Assembly (NCBI GenBank): GCA_041891055.1
Contig: CP169074.1
Coordinates: 416,001 to 480,000, forward strand
Source: Halorutilales archaeon Cl-col2-1
GTDB taxonomy: Archaea > Halobacteriota > Halobacteria > Halobacteriales > Afararchaeaceae
Direction: 5' to 3'
Length of the DNA stretch: 64,000 bases
The notes under the pieces are model-generated. The model was not told where the DNA came from. It was given only the letters and a program-made list of their open reading frames with translations, and ran no database searches. Shown piece by piece: positions 20,640 through 32,001 of this stretch. Positions within the stretch are counted from its first letter, which is position 1. The number at the start of each line of letters is the position of its first letter. A program made the translations under genes and the position numbers.

Positions 20640-20935
20640 AACTCGGAGTCAGCGCAGACATACATTCTCTTATCCTCCGACAGTACTTACGTGCGTGGCG
20701 AGGACTCGCATTTCGGGTCAGTTTGCTCGTCTTGTCTTATCCCTAGCGTGCCTCGAACTGATCATGGACTGGCTGCATCGGCGACGGTAGGACATCAGAC
20801 ACGCTCTATTGGAGGTGCCAGCTCCACAGTGCCCGAACGGACGCTCGCCACGGTTCACGGTGCTGTCGGAGTCGGTTTATCGTCGTCACAGCCGTCTCAC
20901 CTTATCCTCCGAGACTCTTTAGGCTCGCCTAAACC
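20640..20935 (-). ncRNA. Putative structured ncRNA containing a bulge-helix-bulge-bounded 166-nt intron/circRNA (20688-20853); transcript ends are estimates
   Basis: Nested inverted repeats 20675-20686/20860-20871, 20690-20693/20856-20859 and 20694-20702/20844-20852, with two opposed 3-nt bulges; no credible ORF in the gap. Confidence 0.65.
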
Positions 20936-20967
20936 ACATGTCGGATGTTTTTAGCCAAGCCTAAAAA
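20918..20967. promoter_or_regulatory. Tandem DtxR/IdeR/MntR-type palindromic operators
   Basis: TTTAGGCTCGCCTAAA (20918-20933) and TTTTTAGCCAAGCCTAAAAA (20948-20967), both TTTAG-N6-CTAAA, 32 bp apart. Confidence 0.7.
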
Positions 20968-21039
20968 CCTTCCGAAGTCCGTATCTCCAACTCGTCGTCG
21001 TTGATGTCGAAAGCAAGTCTTCGCTTCCGGCTTTTCGAC

Positions 21040-21273
21040 TCAGCTTAGGAGAGAGTAGCCGAAGTAGACTCCGGCTATAATTAGAAGGACTCCGACAGAC
21101 TGGACGAGACGTCTAACACGGAGGGAAGGTTCCGAGTCAGAGCCGTACTCTCCCCGTCTGTCGGTGGGAAGACGTCCTCCGAGGTTGACACGGACTACTA
21201 TCTCGGGGAACCTCAGAAACACGAGACCTACTACTACGCCGATTACTGCCGAAAGAAGGGTTCGTATATCCAT
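21040..21273 (-). CDS. Small two-TM membrane protein
   Basis: Two hydrophobic helices; 7 bp downstream of htpX on the same strand. Confidence 0.7.
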   Translation of the reverse strand: MDIRTLLSAVIGVVVGLVFLRFPEIVVRVNLGGRLPTDRRGEYGSDSEPSLRVRRLVQSVGVLLIIAGVYFGYSLLS

Positions 21274-21280
21274 CTCAGTC

Positions 21281-22108
21281 TCAGTAGCTACGCAGGCGTT
21301 CTATCCTCTTCTCGACCGGAGGATGAGTAGCGAACAGACGTGCGATACCGACTCCGTCGCCGAAGATACAGAGCGCGTTGACATTGGCGTCGACCTCGGA
21401 TTTACGTGAACGCTCGTTTCCGCGGCTTATCTTTTCGAGGGCACTCGCAAGAGGCTCCCCACCGCCGATCTCGGATGCTGCGTCCCTGTCGGCGACGTAC
21501 TCCCTGTAACGTGAGATGGCGAAGACGACTGTCATCACCAGCATCTGAACCACCTGTCCGACTACTATCGCCATGAAGAAGTCGGCGAGGTCGTTGTCTC
21601 CGGTGAGGAGAACAGCCCACTCAGCCGTTATAGCGACTATCGAGGCTATGCCTTGACCCAGAACCATCATAACCACGTCACGGTTACGTATATGTGCGAG
21701 CTCGTGAGCGAGGACTCCCTCCACCTCGTCGGAGTTAAGCCTGTTGAGGAGCTCCTGTGACACGACGACAGTTCCGGCTCCCTTGCGTCCGACCGCGAAG
21801 GCGTTCGGTACCCCCATCTTAGCCACCATCAGACGCGGCTTCTCTATTCCCATGTCGTTGGACAGCGACTCGACACGTCTGTGTATCTCAGGGGCTCGAC
21901 TCTCGGGAAGGTCATCGGCTCCTACGCTTCTGAGAGCCGCCCACTTGCCGATCTTGTACTGAAAACCGACCAGTCCTATGCTTCCGACGAGAACTAAGGG
22001 GAGTGAAAGACCGAAGACACCCATCGCCACAGCGGCTGCAACAGCATACAGTGCAAAGAGGACTGATCCGGCTATTAGCATCCGAATCTTGAGTCCAAGA
22101 TGTCGCAT
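21281..22108 (-). CDS. htpX: HtpX-like M48 zinc protease
   Basis: PNAFAVG, HELAH, SRYREYVAD, THPPVEKRI. Confidence 0.93.
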   Translation of the reverse strand: MRHLGLKIRMLIAGSVLFALYAVAAAVAMGVFGLSLPLVLVGSIGLVGFQYKIGKWAALRSVGADDLPESRAPEIHRRVESLSNDMGIEKPRLMVAKMGVPNAFAVGRKGAGTVVVSQELLNRLNSDEVEGVLAHELAHIRNRDVVMMVLGQGIASIVAITAEWAVLLTGDNDLADFFMAIVVGQVVQMLVMTVVFAISRYREYVADRDAASEIGGGEPLASALEKISRGNERSRKSEVDANVNALCIFGDGVGIARLFATHPPVEKRIERLRSY

Positions 22109-22209
22109 ATCTGAGACTTGTTACGTCACGCATAAATGAGTGGTGTGGGTACTGTTGCCACTCTCAGCTAACCAAAAGACTCGTGTCCCCACGGCTAAAA
22201 CCGACTGTA

Positions 22210-22863
22210 ATGCCTTCTCAGAGAGAGTTCGACACGAAGCTCCGAGAGCTGTCTAACTACGTCGAACGTATAGGCGACGAAGTAACAGGTGAGGTTGAGG
22301 GAGAGGCTGACGGATCGCCTCTCCATGGATACGAATGTGACCACGGAGGGCACAAGTACCGGATAATCGGGACTCAGGACTGGGAGTACTTCATACTGAG
22401 GTACTCTTACCAGATATACGGTGACTACGCCGTAGCCCAGAAGCTCCAGAGAGCGGAGGTACCTGAAGCGAGTGAAAACCAAGAGGTCAATATAAACGTC
22501 GATCTGACCGACCAAGACCTCCAGAATGCGAAAGAGGAACTATACCAACAGCTTTCTCAGGAGAGCCAGGAGGAGGTGGCTCAGGTTCGACAGAAGATGA
22601 TACAGATGCTCTCGACCCCCGAATCAGCGATTTCTTTTGTGCCTGATGACTCTCAGCAGATTCACGGGTTCAACATCGACAGAAAGATCTTCCCTTACTC
22701 AGAGAGATTCGGACTCTCGGAGTTCAACCGCAGTGTTCAGACTGTGGTGAGCCTGGGTTTCAAAGGGGTTGAGTACCTCAAAAACAGCTACGGCATCCGA
22801 AATATCAGTATCTCTCAGTCGAGCACGAAGCAGGATCATCTTCGAGACCGCGGCTTTCGGTAG
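22210..22863 (+). CDS. Hypothetical protein
   Basis: Long acidic ORF; no family recognised. Start at ATG 22210. Confidence 0.65.
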   Translation: MPSQREFDTKLRELSNYVERIGDEVTGEVEGEADGSPLHGYECDHGGHKYRIIGTQDWEYFILRYSYQIYGDYAVAQKLQRAEVPEASENQEVNINVDLTDQDLQNAKEELYQQLSQESQEEVAQVRQKMIQMLSTPESAISFVPDDSQQIHGFNIDRKIFPYSERFGLSEFNRSVQTVVSLGFKGVEYLKNSYGIRNISISQSSTKQDHLRDRGFR

Positions 22864-22925
22864 GAGTCAGTCTTGGATATCATCGTGGGAGTTATATCTC
22901 GGAGCCAAGAAGGTTTAGAAGAGAG

Positions 22926-25166
22926 ATGGACAGCCCGACCCGGATCCTGGTTGTCGACGACGACGAAGTCGCCGACTCCCTGGAACGGAGCCACAGCGGG
23001 TTCGACGTCGAAACCGCGTCGTGCTATACAGACTGTCTCGACCGGATAGTCTCGGTTGACTACGACTGCGTGGTCAGCGGCTACGGAGTACCCGGAGGAG
23101 ACGGTATCAAGCTACTCGAATCCGTGCGCAATAGGTTTCCAAATCTTCCCTTCATTCTGTACACTGACAGTGGCTCGGAGGAGATCGCTAGCAAGGCTAT
23201 CTCAGCAGATGTCACTGACTACCTTACGAAAGACAGACACGCCGACGGTGACCCGGGTCACGAGGCACTAGCCCGCAGGATACTCGGTGCAGTTGAGGAT
23301 TACCACGCCGAAAAGGAAGACGGGGTAGGCGAGCATGACGCCTTGTCTCGGCGTATCGACATCGACGTGGAGACAGTCTCCCAGAGCCTCAAAGAGCCTA
23401 TCGTCGCGGTCGATGCCACCGGTCAAATCGCGTTCGCTAACCAGAGACTCCTCAACGTCACACAGCTCTCGTCGGATGATACTCTGGGAGCTAGTTACTA
23501 CGTGATGTTCAGACGTTTCGTCGATGAGGGATTCGACCGTCTGACTCAAGCAGTCGAGGAGGTCTCCGACGGCGACTCCGACGAGAGACGTGTCGAGGTA
23601 CTGACACGACATCCCGACTCAGCACCTGTTCCCCCTAAGTTACCCGCGGAGGCACGCGTAGTCCCTATGGAAGAAGACGGTTCGAGGATCGGGTCAGTAG
23701 TAGTCTGGCGCGATATCTCCGAACGCAAACAGATTGAGTCCGAGCTTCGGAGACGTGAGAGACAGTTCCGTGCTATGTTCGAGCGCCACAGTGCTCCCAT
23801 GCTTCTGATCGAACCCGATACGGGTAGTATTCAGGAGGCGAACCAGGCGGCGGTCGAGTTCTACGGCTACTCAGACGACGAACTCACGTCGATGGGAATA
23901 CAGGAGATAAATACTCTCTCCCCGGAACAGGTTGAGGAGGAACGTAAGAAGGCGGAGAGACAAGACCGCAATCACTTCGTCTTCAAGCACAAACTCTCCG
24001 ACGGTGAGATCCGTACCGTCGAGGTACATTCGTCCCCAATCGAGTTCGAGGGCGACGAGCTTCTCTTCTCAATCATACACGATATTACCGAGAGGAGGAG
24101 ACAGGAGAAAGTCAGAAAGCGGTTCGAACGAGCCATAGAAGAGACGGGACACGCGGTCTATATCACCGACTCAGACGGCGTGATAGAGTACGTCAATCCG
24201 GCGTTTGAACGTATAACAGGCTACACCGCTGAGGAGGCTATCGGTAAGACGCCTCGTATTCTCAAGTCGGGAAGGATGGACGACGACTACTACGAGGAGC
24301 TATGGAAAACCGTGAAGTCGGGGAAGATATGGAGCGAGGAGATATACGATCAACGGAAGTCGGGGGACATATACATCGCTCACCAGACGATAGCCCCAAT
24401 AACTCAGGACGGAGAGATAACCGGATACGTCGCTATCCAGAACGACATCTCAGAGCGTAAGGAGTACGAGCACGAGATAGAGAAAAAGAACAGACAGCTT
24501 TCGGTCATGGATCGTGTCCTCCGCCATAACCTACGTAACGACCTGAACGTCGTCAAGGGACACGCCGAGCTAATCAGGGATAGTGTCGGAAGAGGAGAGG
24601 ATAGGAACTCCGTAGATATTAGATCCCATTCAGAAACGATCATAGACGAGACTCAACAGCTTCTCAAGACTGCCGACAAGCAACGTGAGATTACGAATCT
24701 TCTCGCCGACCCTTCGTCGGTGGGCGAGGTCGACATCGCGGCGATGATCGAGTCGAAAGCCGAGAAGTTCCGTGAGAAGTATCCCGACGCCGACATATCC
24801 GTGTCAGTCGCCGAGTCCAGACCCACTGTCGGAGCTATACCCGAGATAGGAACCGCTCTTGAGGAGCTAATCGACAACTCGTTGTCCCACTCCGACCGGT
24901 CGACACCTAAGGTCGACGTAGAGCTAACACTCGACGAGGAAGAGGCTGTTGTCGAGGTCAGGGACAACGGTTCGGGAATCCCCGAGATGGAGAGGAAGGT
25001 TCTGACAGACAATGAGTCTATCGAGCCACTCTACCACGGAAGCGGTCTCGGACTCTGGCTCGTCAAAGAGATAATCGATCAGAGCGGCGGATCACTCGAC
25101 TTCGACGAGAGGGAGTCGCGGGGAAGTATAGTCAGACTCCGTCTCGGACTACTGACTGACGTTTAG
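22926..25166 (+). CDS. Receiver-like + 3 PAS + histidine kinase
   Basis: ILVVDDD receiver fold, PAS motifs (ANQAAVEFYGY, VNPAFERITGY), RHNLRN H-box, DNGSG and GSGLGL. Confidence 0.92.
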   Translation: MDSPTRILVVDDDEVADSLERSHSGFDVETASCYTDCLDRIVSVDYDCVVSGYGVPGGDGIKLLESVRNRFPNLPFILYTDSGSEEIASKAISADVTDYLTKDRHADGDPGHEALARRILGAVEDYHAEKEDGVGEHDALSRRIDIDVETVSQSLKEPIVAVDATGQIAFANQRLLNVTQLSSDDTLGASYYVMFRRFVDEGFDRLTQAVEEVSDGDSDERRVEVLTRHPDSAPVPPKLPAEARVVPMEEDGSRIGSVVVWRDISERKQIESELRRRERQFRAMFERHSAPMLLIEPDTGSIQEANQAAVEFYGYSDDELTSMGIQEINTLSPEQVEEERKKAERQDRNHFVFKHKLSDGEIRTVEVHSSPIEFEGDELLFSIIHDITERRRQEKVRKRFERAIEETGHAVYITDSDGVIEYVNPAFERITGYTAEEAIGKTPRILKSGRMDDDYYEELWKTVKSGKIWSEEIYDQRKSGDIYIAHQTIAPITQDGEITGYVAIQNDISERKEYEHEIEKKNRQLSVMDRVLRHNLRNDLNVVKGHAELIRDSVGRGEDRNSVDIRSHSETIIDETQQLLKTADKQREITNLLADPSSVGEVDIAAMIESKAEKFREKYPDADISVSVAESRPTVGAIPEIGTALEELIDNSLSHSDRSTPKVDVELTLDEEEAVVEVRDNGSGIPEMERKVLTDNESIEPLYHGSGLGLWLVKEIIDQSGGSLDFDERESRGSIVRLRLGLLTDV

Positions 25167-25213
25167 GCGAAGAAAAGCCGAAGAACCGGATCGAGATGAC
25201 GCGTTTAGTTTTC

Positions 25214-27852
<2,639 letters not shown>

Positions 27853-27888
27853 CTGACTGTGCTGTGGGTAAGAGAAAAAGACGCTGGT

Positions 27889-28155
27889 CTAAAGCCTTCC
27901 GACGTCCTCGACACTCACGCTCTCGACGTCGTCGACGTCGGCGAACGCCTCCTCGACCGCCTCGGTTCCTCCCGCCTCGTCGGGGACGACGACAGTCACT
28001 ATGAGTGCGGTAAGACCGAATGCGACGTCTTCGGTGTCGACGTTGCTTATCTTGGCGTTTTCGGGAAGAGTCCCTTCGAGTCTCTCCCTGAGACCGTCGA
28101 GGTCGATGTCGGGGCCCGTGGGCATGACCTTGATCTGAGCAGCTACCTTAGCCAT
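27889..28155 (-). CDS. ef1b: Translation elongation factor aEF-1beta
   Basis: AQIKVMP...[10 protein letters not shown]...GGTEAVEE...VGRL. Confidence 0.95.
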   Translation of the reverse strand: MAKVAAQIKVMPTGPDIDLDGLRERLEGTLPENAKISNVDTEDVAFGLTALIVTVVVPDEAGGTEAVEEAFADVDDVESVSVEDVGRL

Positions 28156-28159
28156 CTTA

Positions 28160-28339
28160 TCACGGTCCTACGAATCCGCAGTCGGGGCACTTGTACTTGT
28201 TACCCTGTTTTCTGCAGTTCGAACAACGGTAGATCTCGTGTCCACAGTCGGGACACTTGAACTGAGCGTATCCCGTGCCGACTATCGTGATGCCACACGA
28301 GACACAGCTCTTGCGCTGATCCTGTTCTGCTTGGCTCAT
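28160..28339 (-). CDS. Zn-ribbon RNA-binding protein (DUF1610/HVO_2753-like, 59 aa), absent from the ORF track
   Basis: [47 protein letters not shown]; usual archaeal position just upstream of EF-1beta. Confidence 0.92.
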   Translation of the reverse strand: MSQAEQDQRKSCVSCGITIVGTGYAQFKCPDCGHEIYRCSNCRKQGNKYKCPDCGFVGP

Positions 28340-28384
28340 AGAAGGTGATTCGTCGGCTCAGTTGATAAGGTTTTATACCTGACT

Positions 28385-29041
28385 TTACTTCATCGCGGGA
28401 CTCTCGCGGTCTCCCCAGTCGTCGAGGAAGGCTTCGAGTCCCTCGTCAGTCTTGGGATGCTCGAACATGCCGTCGAGCACACTAGGCGGAAGCGTAGCGA
28501 CGTCTGCGCCCATCTTAGCCGACTCCTTGACGTGTTTGGGATGTCTTATGCTCGCTACGAGTATCTGAGTCTCGAAGTCGTACGAGCCGTAGATCTGGGA
28601 TATCTCGTCTATCAGACCCATTCCGTCGTGTCCTATGTCGTCTATCCTGCCGACGAAGGGCGAGACAAATGTCGCGCCGTTCTTCGCGGCGAGGAGAGCC
28701 TGGTTGGGCGAGAATACGAGTGTGACGTTGGTGTCTATGCCCTCTGCGGTGAGTGTCTTGAGTGCCTTCATTCCGTCACGTGTCATCGGGAGCTTGACGG
28801 CGATGTTGTCCCCCCATGTGTCGTACTCGCGCGCCTCCTCTATCATTCCCTCAGCGTCGGTTGCGATGACCTCGACGCTTATCGGACCCTCGACGAAGTC
28901 GTCGAGTTCGCTTATTATCTCGTCGTACTCCCTTCCCGTGTCGGAGACGAGAGACGGGTTCGTCGTCACACCGTCTACGAATCCGAGCTCGTGTGCCTCA
29001 CGTACCTCTTCTACGTCTGCTGAGTCTATGAAGAACTTCAT
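28385..29041 (-). CDS. tal: Transaldolase (TalC/Fsa-type short form)
   Basis: [12 protein letters not shown] Schiff-base Lys; ISVEV (Glu) and SPFVGR (Phe) favour transaldolase over FSA. Confidence 0.9.
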   Translation of the reverse strand: MKFFIDSADVEEVREAHELGFVDGVTTNPSLVSDTGREYDEIISELDDFVEGPISVEVIATDAEGMIEEAREYDTWGDNIAVKLPMTRDGMKALKTLTAEGIDTNVTLVFSPNQALLAAKNGATFVSPFVGRIDDIGHDGMGLIDEISQIYGSYDFETQILVASIRHPKHVKESAKMGADVATLPPSVLDGMFEHPKTDEGLEAFLDDWGDRESPAMK

Positions 29042-29070
29042 TATGTATCGTACCTGTTTGGCTGTCTTAC

Positions 29071-30018
29071 TTAAAGTAACTCCTTTGCCGACTCGACTAT
29101 GTCGTCTGCCGTGAGACCGTACGCCTCGTAGAGGTCGTCGGGAAGACCCGACTCCCCGAAGGTGTCGTCGACTCCGACACGTCTCATAGGAACGGGACAA
29201 CTCTCTGTGACAGTCTCGGCTACCGCGCTTCCGAGTCCTCCTATCACAGAGTGATCCTCGGCGGTGACTATGCCTCGCGTCTCCTCGGCGGCTTCTACCA
29301 CCAGATCGTCGTCAAGGGGCTTTATCGACGGCATGTTGATGACGCGAGCGTCTATACCCTCGTCGGCGAGCTTCTCTCCCGCCTCTATCGCCTCGTGGAG
29401 CATGGCTCCGTGTGCGATTACTGTCACGTCGTCTCCGTCTCTCATCACGGTACCCTCGCCTATCTCGGGGTCGTGGTCGTCGTCGAATACTACCGGAACG
29501 TCCTCACGTATCAGACGGAAGTAGACCGGACTGTCGTCGTCTGCGATCTTCTCGACGTACTTCTCAGCCTCGACTGCGTCGCCGGGCGAGATGACCTTCA
29601 TGTTGGGGAGAGTCCTGTATATCGAGACGTCCTCTATCGCTTGGGCACTCTCTCCGTCCTGTCCCGTGATGAGACCCGCGTGGCTTCCCGCGACGGTCAC
29701 GTTGAGGTCGTTCCTCGCTATCTGGTTTCTGACCTGTTCGAATCCCCTCTCGGTGAATATAGCGAATGTGCTCGCGAACGCGGTCTTTCCTGTCGATGCC
29801 ATTCCCGCGGCGGTCACCATCATGTCCTGTTCTGCGATACCCATGTTGAACCAGCGGTCGGGGTTCTCGTCCTTGAACCAAGCGCCTCGTGTCGATCCCG
29901 CGAGGTCGGCGTCGAGTGCGACTACGTCTTCTCTCTCTCTTCCGATCTCTACGAGACCGTATCCGTATCCGTTCCTCGTCGGCAGTTCGTCGTGTTCAGA
30001 AGGTGGTTTCGACATCAT
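29071..30018 (-). CDS. tkt: Transketolase, C-terminal subunit
   Basis: [38 protein letters not shown]. Confidence 0.92.
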   Translation of the reverse strand: MMSKPPSEHDELPTRNGYGYGLVEIGREREDVVALDADLAGSTRGAWFKDENPDRWFNMGIAEQDMMVTAAGMASTGKTAFASTFAIFTERGFEQVRNQIARNDLNVTVAGSHAGLITGQDGESAQAIEDVSIYRTLPNMKVISPGDAVEAEKYVEKIADDDSPVYFRLIREDVPVVFDDDHDPEIGEGTVMRDGDDVTVIAHGAMLHEAIEAGEKLADEGIDARVINMPSIKPLDDDLVVEAAEETRGIVTAEDHSVIGGLGSAVAETVTESCPVPMRRVGVDDTFGESGLPDDLYEAYGLTADDIVESAKELL

Positions 30019-30873
30019 CTATATCTCCTCCGCTTCTTCCTCGAATCCGAGTTCCCTGAGTCCTTTCCTGAGCTGTTCGTCGTTCGGTGCCTTTCCGTGG
30101 AATCCCGAGAGCTCCTCCTCCATGAACGAGATTCCCTTGCCCTTCGTCGAGTGGGAGATTACCACGGCGGGCTCGTCGTCACGGTTCTCGTCTACGTCCT
30201 CGAACGCCTCACGTATCGATTCGAAGTCGTGTCCGTCACAGTCGGTGACATACCAGCCGAACGACTCGAACTTGTCGTCGAGAGGCTCTATCGTCTTCGA
30301 CTCCTCGACGGGACGGTCGTTCTGTACTCCGTTGTTGTCGACGACTACGGTGAGGTTGTCTATCGACTTGTCTCCCGCGGTCATAGCCGCCTCCCAGACG
30401 GCACCTTCCTGTACTTCTCCGTCTCCGAGCATCGCGTAGACGTGGTAGTCAGCACCGTCGAGCTTGCCCGCGAGCGCGATACCGTTGGCGAACGACAGAC
30501 CCTGTCCGAGCGACCCCGACGAGAAGTCGACACCGGGTATCTTCATGCTAGAGTGTCCCTGGAGTAGCTCGTCGAAGCCGCGGAACTTCATTAGCTCGTC
30601 GTCTGAGAAGAAGCCCTGTCTCGCGAGGACGGAGTAGTAGGCTGGGCAGGCGTGTCCCTTGCTGTAGACCAGCCTGTCCCTGTCGCCTGCGTCGGGACTG
30701 TCGGGGTCGACATCTAGCTCCTCGTTGTAGAGCCAGATCAGCATCTCGGTCGCCGAGAGCGACCCTCCGGGATGTCCCGATCCCGCGGCGTTCGTCATCT
30801 TGAGTATCTCCTTACGTGTCTGTCTAGCTCGCTCTTCGTAGTTCTCGTAAGCTGTTTTCTCTTTCTGTGTCAT
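30019..30873 (-). CDS. tkt: Transketolase, N-terminal ThDP-binding subunit
   Basis: SGHPGGSLS, SKGHACP, GSLGQG, GDGEVQEG...NN, CDGHD, KGKG. Confidence 0.93.
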   Translation of the reverse strand: MTQKEKTAYENYEERARQTRKEILKMTNAAGSGHPGGSLSATEMLIWLYNEELDVDPDSPDAGDRDRLVYSKGHACPAYYSVLARQGFFSDDELMKFRGFDELLQGHSSMKIPGVDFSSGSLGQGLSFANGIALAGKLDGADYHVYAMLGDGEVQEGAVWEAAMTAGDKSIDNLTVVVDNNGVQNDRPVEESKTIEPLDDKFESFGWYVTDCDGHDFESIREAFEDVDENRDDEPAVVISHSTKGKGISFMEEELSGFHGKAPNDEQLRKGLRELGFEEEAEEI

Positions 30874-31511
30874 TGTTTCTCCTCGGCTGCGTTTCTTATG
30901 TCTCTCATGGCTTCTGCCGGGTTGTCAGAGCCGAATATAGAAGAGCCGGACACGAGTACGTCGACACCAGCCTCGACGCAGTCGCGTGCGTTCCCGACTC
31001 CCACTCCGCCGTCGATCTCTATCTCGACGTCCGACTTCGAGTCTATCTCCTCGACCTTGTCGAGGACTCCGGGGAGGAACTCCTGTCCGCCGAAGCCGGG
31101 GTTGACCGACATCACGAGAACGCGGTCGATCTCGCTCAGAACTTCGTCTAAGACGGTCGCAGGAGTCGCGGGGTTTATCGCCACACCCGCGTCCATGCCT
31201 GCGTCGTGTATCCTCTGTACAGTTCTGTGGAGATGGACACACGCCTCCTCATGGACTGTGAGAGTATCGGCACCCGAGTCGGCGAACTCTGATATATAGT
31301 CGTCGGGATTTTCTATCATCAGATGGGTGTCGAAAGACAGATTGGTGACCGGGTCGAGCGAGTCGAGAACGAGAGGACCGAACGTGATGTTGGGAACGAA
31401 ATGACCGTCCATGACGTCGAGGTGTAACATGTCGGCTTCCTCGACTTTCTCGACCTCATCGGCGAGATGTGAGAAGTCTGCTGAGAGTAGTGATGGTGCT
31501 ATCTTGACCAT
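30870..31511 (-). CDS. rpe: Ribulose-phosphate 3-epimerase
   Basis: IAPSLLSADF, HLDVMDGHFVPN, MSVNPGFGGQ, IDGG. Confidence 0.96.
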   Translation of the reverse strand: MVKIAPSLLSADFSHLADEVEKVEEADMLHLDVMDGHFVPNITFGPLVLDSLDPVTNLSFDTHLMIENPDDYISEFADSGADTLTVHEEACVHLHRTVQRIHDAGMDAGVAINPATPATVLDEVLSEIDRVLVMSVNPGFGGQEFLPGVLDKVEEIDSKSDVEIEIDGGVGVGNARDCVEAGVDVLVSGSSIFGSDNPAEAMRDIRNAAEEKQ

Positions 31512-31643
31512 ATAGGTAGTTACTAATCCGTCTCAGCACCACTTTAAACAACCGTTTTGAGGGGTGTATGTCAATCTCTGACCATTAGTACAACTACAGT
31601 CACCACCAGTTTGATCTGTCGTGTCTTCGTACTTCTTCGTAGT

Positions 31644-32000
31644 ATGCAGCCGAGCAAGTTCATCTGGTGGGCGTCCGAGGACAAGGATCAGCTACACAAG
31701 TTCGAGGACACGTGTGACGAGAGAAACTGGGTCTCACGCCACGGAATACAGGACTTCCTTCTATCTCAGCTTCCCGGTGACCCCGACAAGGTACGTATGG
31801 AGGTTCCGACCGACTACTGGAGCGACATAGAGAACCCTCACATCGACACCGCGGGAGAGATCGACCTACTCGAACTCGAAGGCGTCGCGCATTACCCCGA
31901 GAAGAAGATAGAGTTCGAGACAGTGACAAAGATGGTGAAAGACGACGAAGATCCGTCGATAGACTGGAAGATCTGGAAGATGCAGAAGAAGTATCCCTGA
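31644..32000 (+). CDS. Hypothetical protein
   Basis: Acidic ORF from ATG 31644, stop 1 bp before the next gene. Confidence 0.65.
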   Translation: MQPSKFIWWASEDKDQLHKFEDTCDERNWVSRHGIQDFLLSQLPGDPDKVRMEVPTDYWSDIENPHIDTAGEIDLLELEGVAHYPEKKIEFETVTKMVKDDEDPSIDWKIWKMQKKYP

Positions 32001-32001
32001 C

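Noticed and set aside
20700-20800. C/D-box guide interpretation of the predicted circle (two CUGA and one AUGAUCA on the minus strand)
   Set aside because: No proper RUGAUGA C box at the 5' end and the spacing is unconvincing; left open but unsupported.
20691-20954. 87-aa ORF (and 20503-20790) in the leuS downstream gap
   Set aside because: Non-acidic, no motifs, and runs through the operator palindromes; RNA structure explains the region better.
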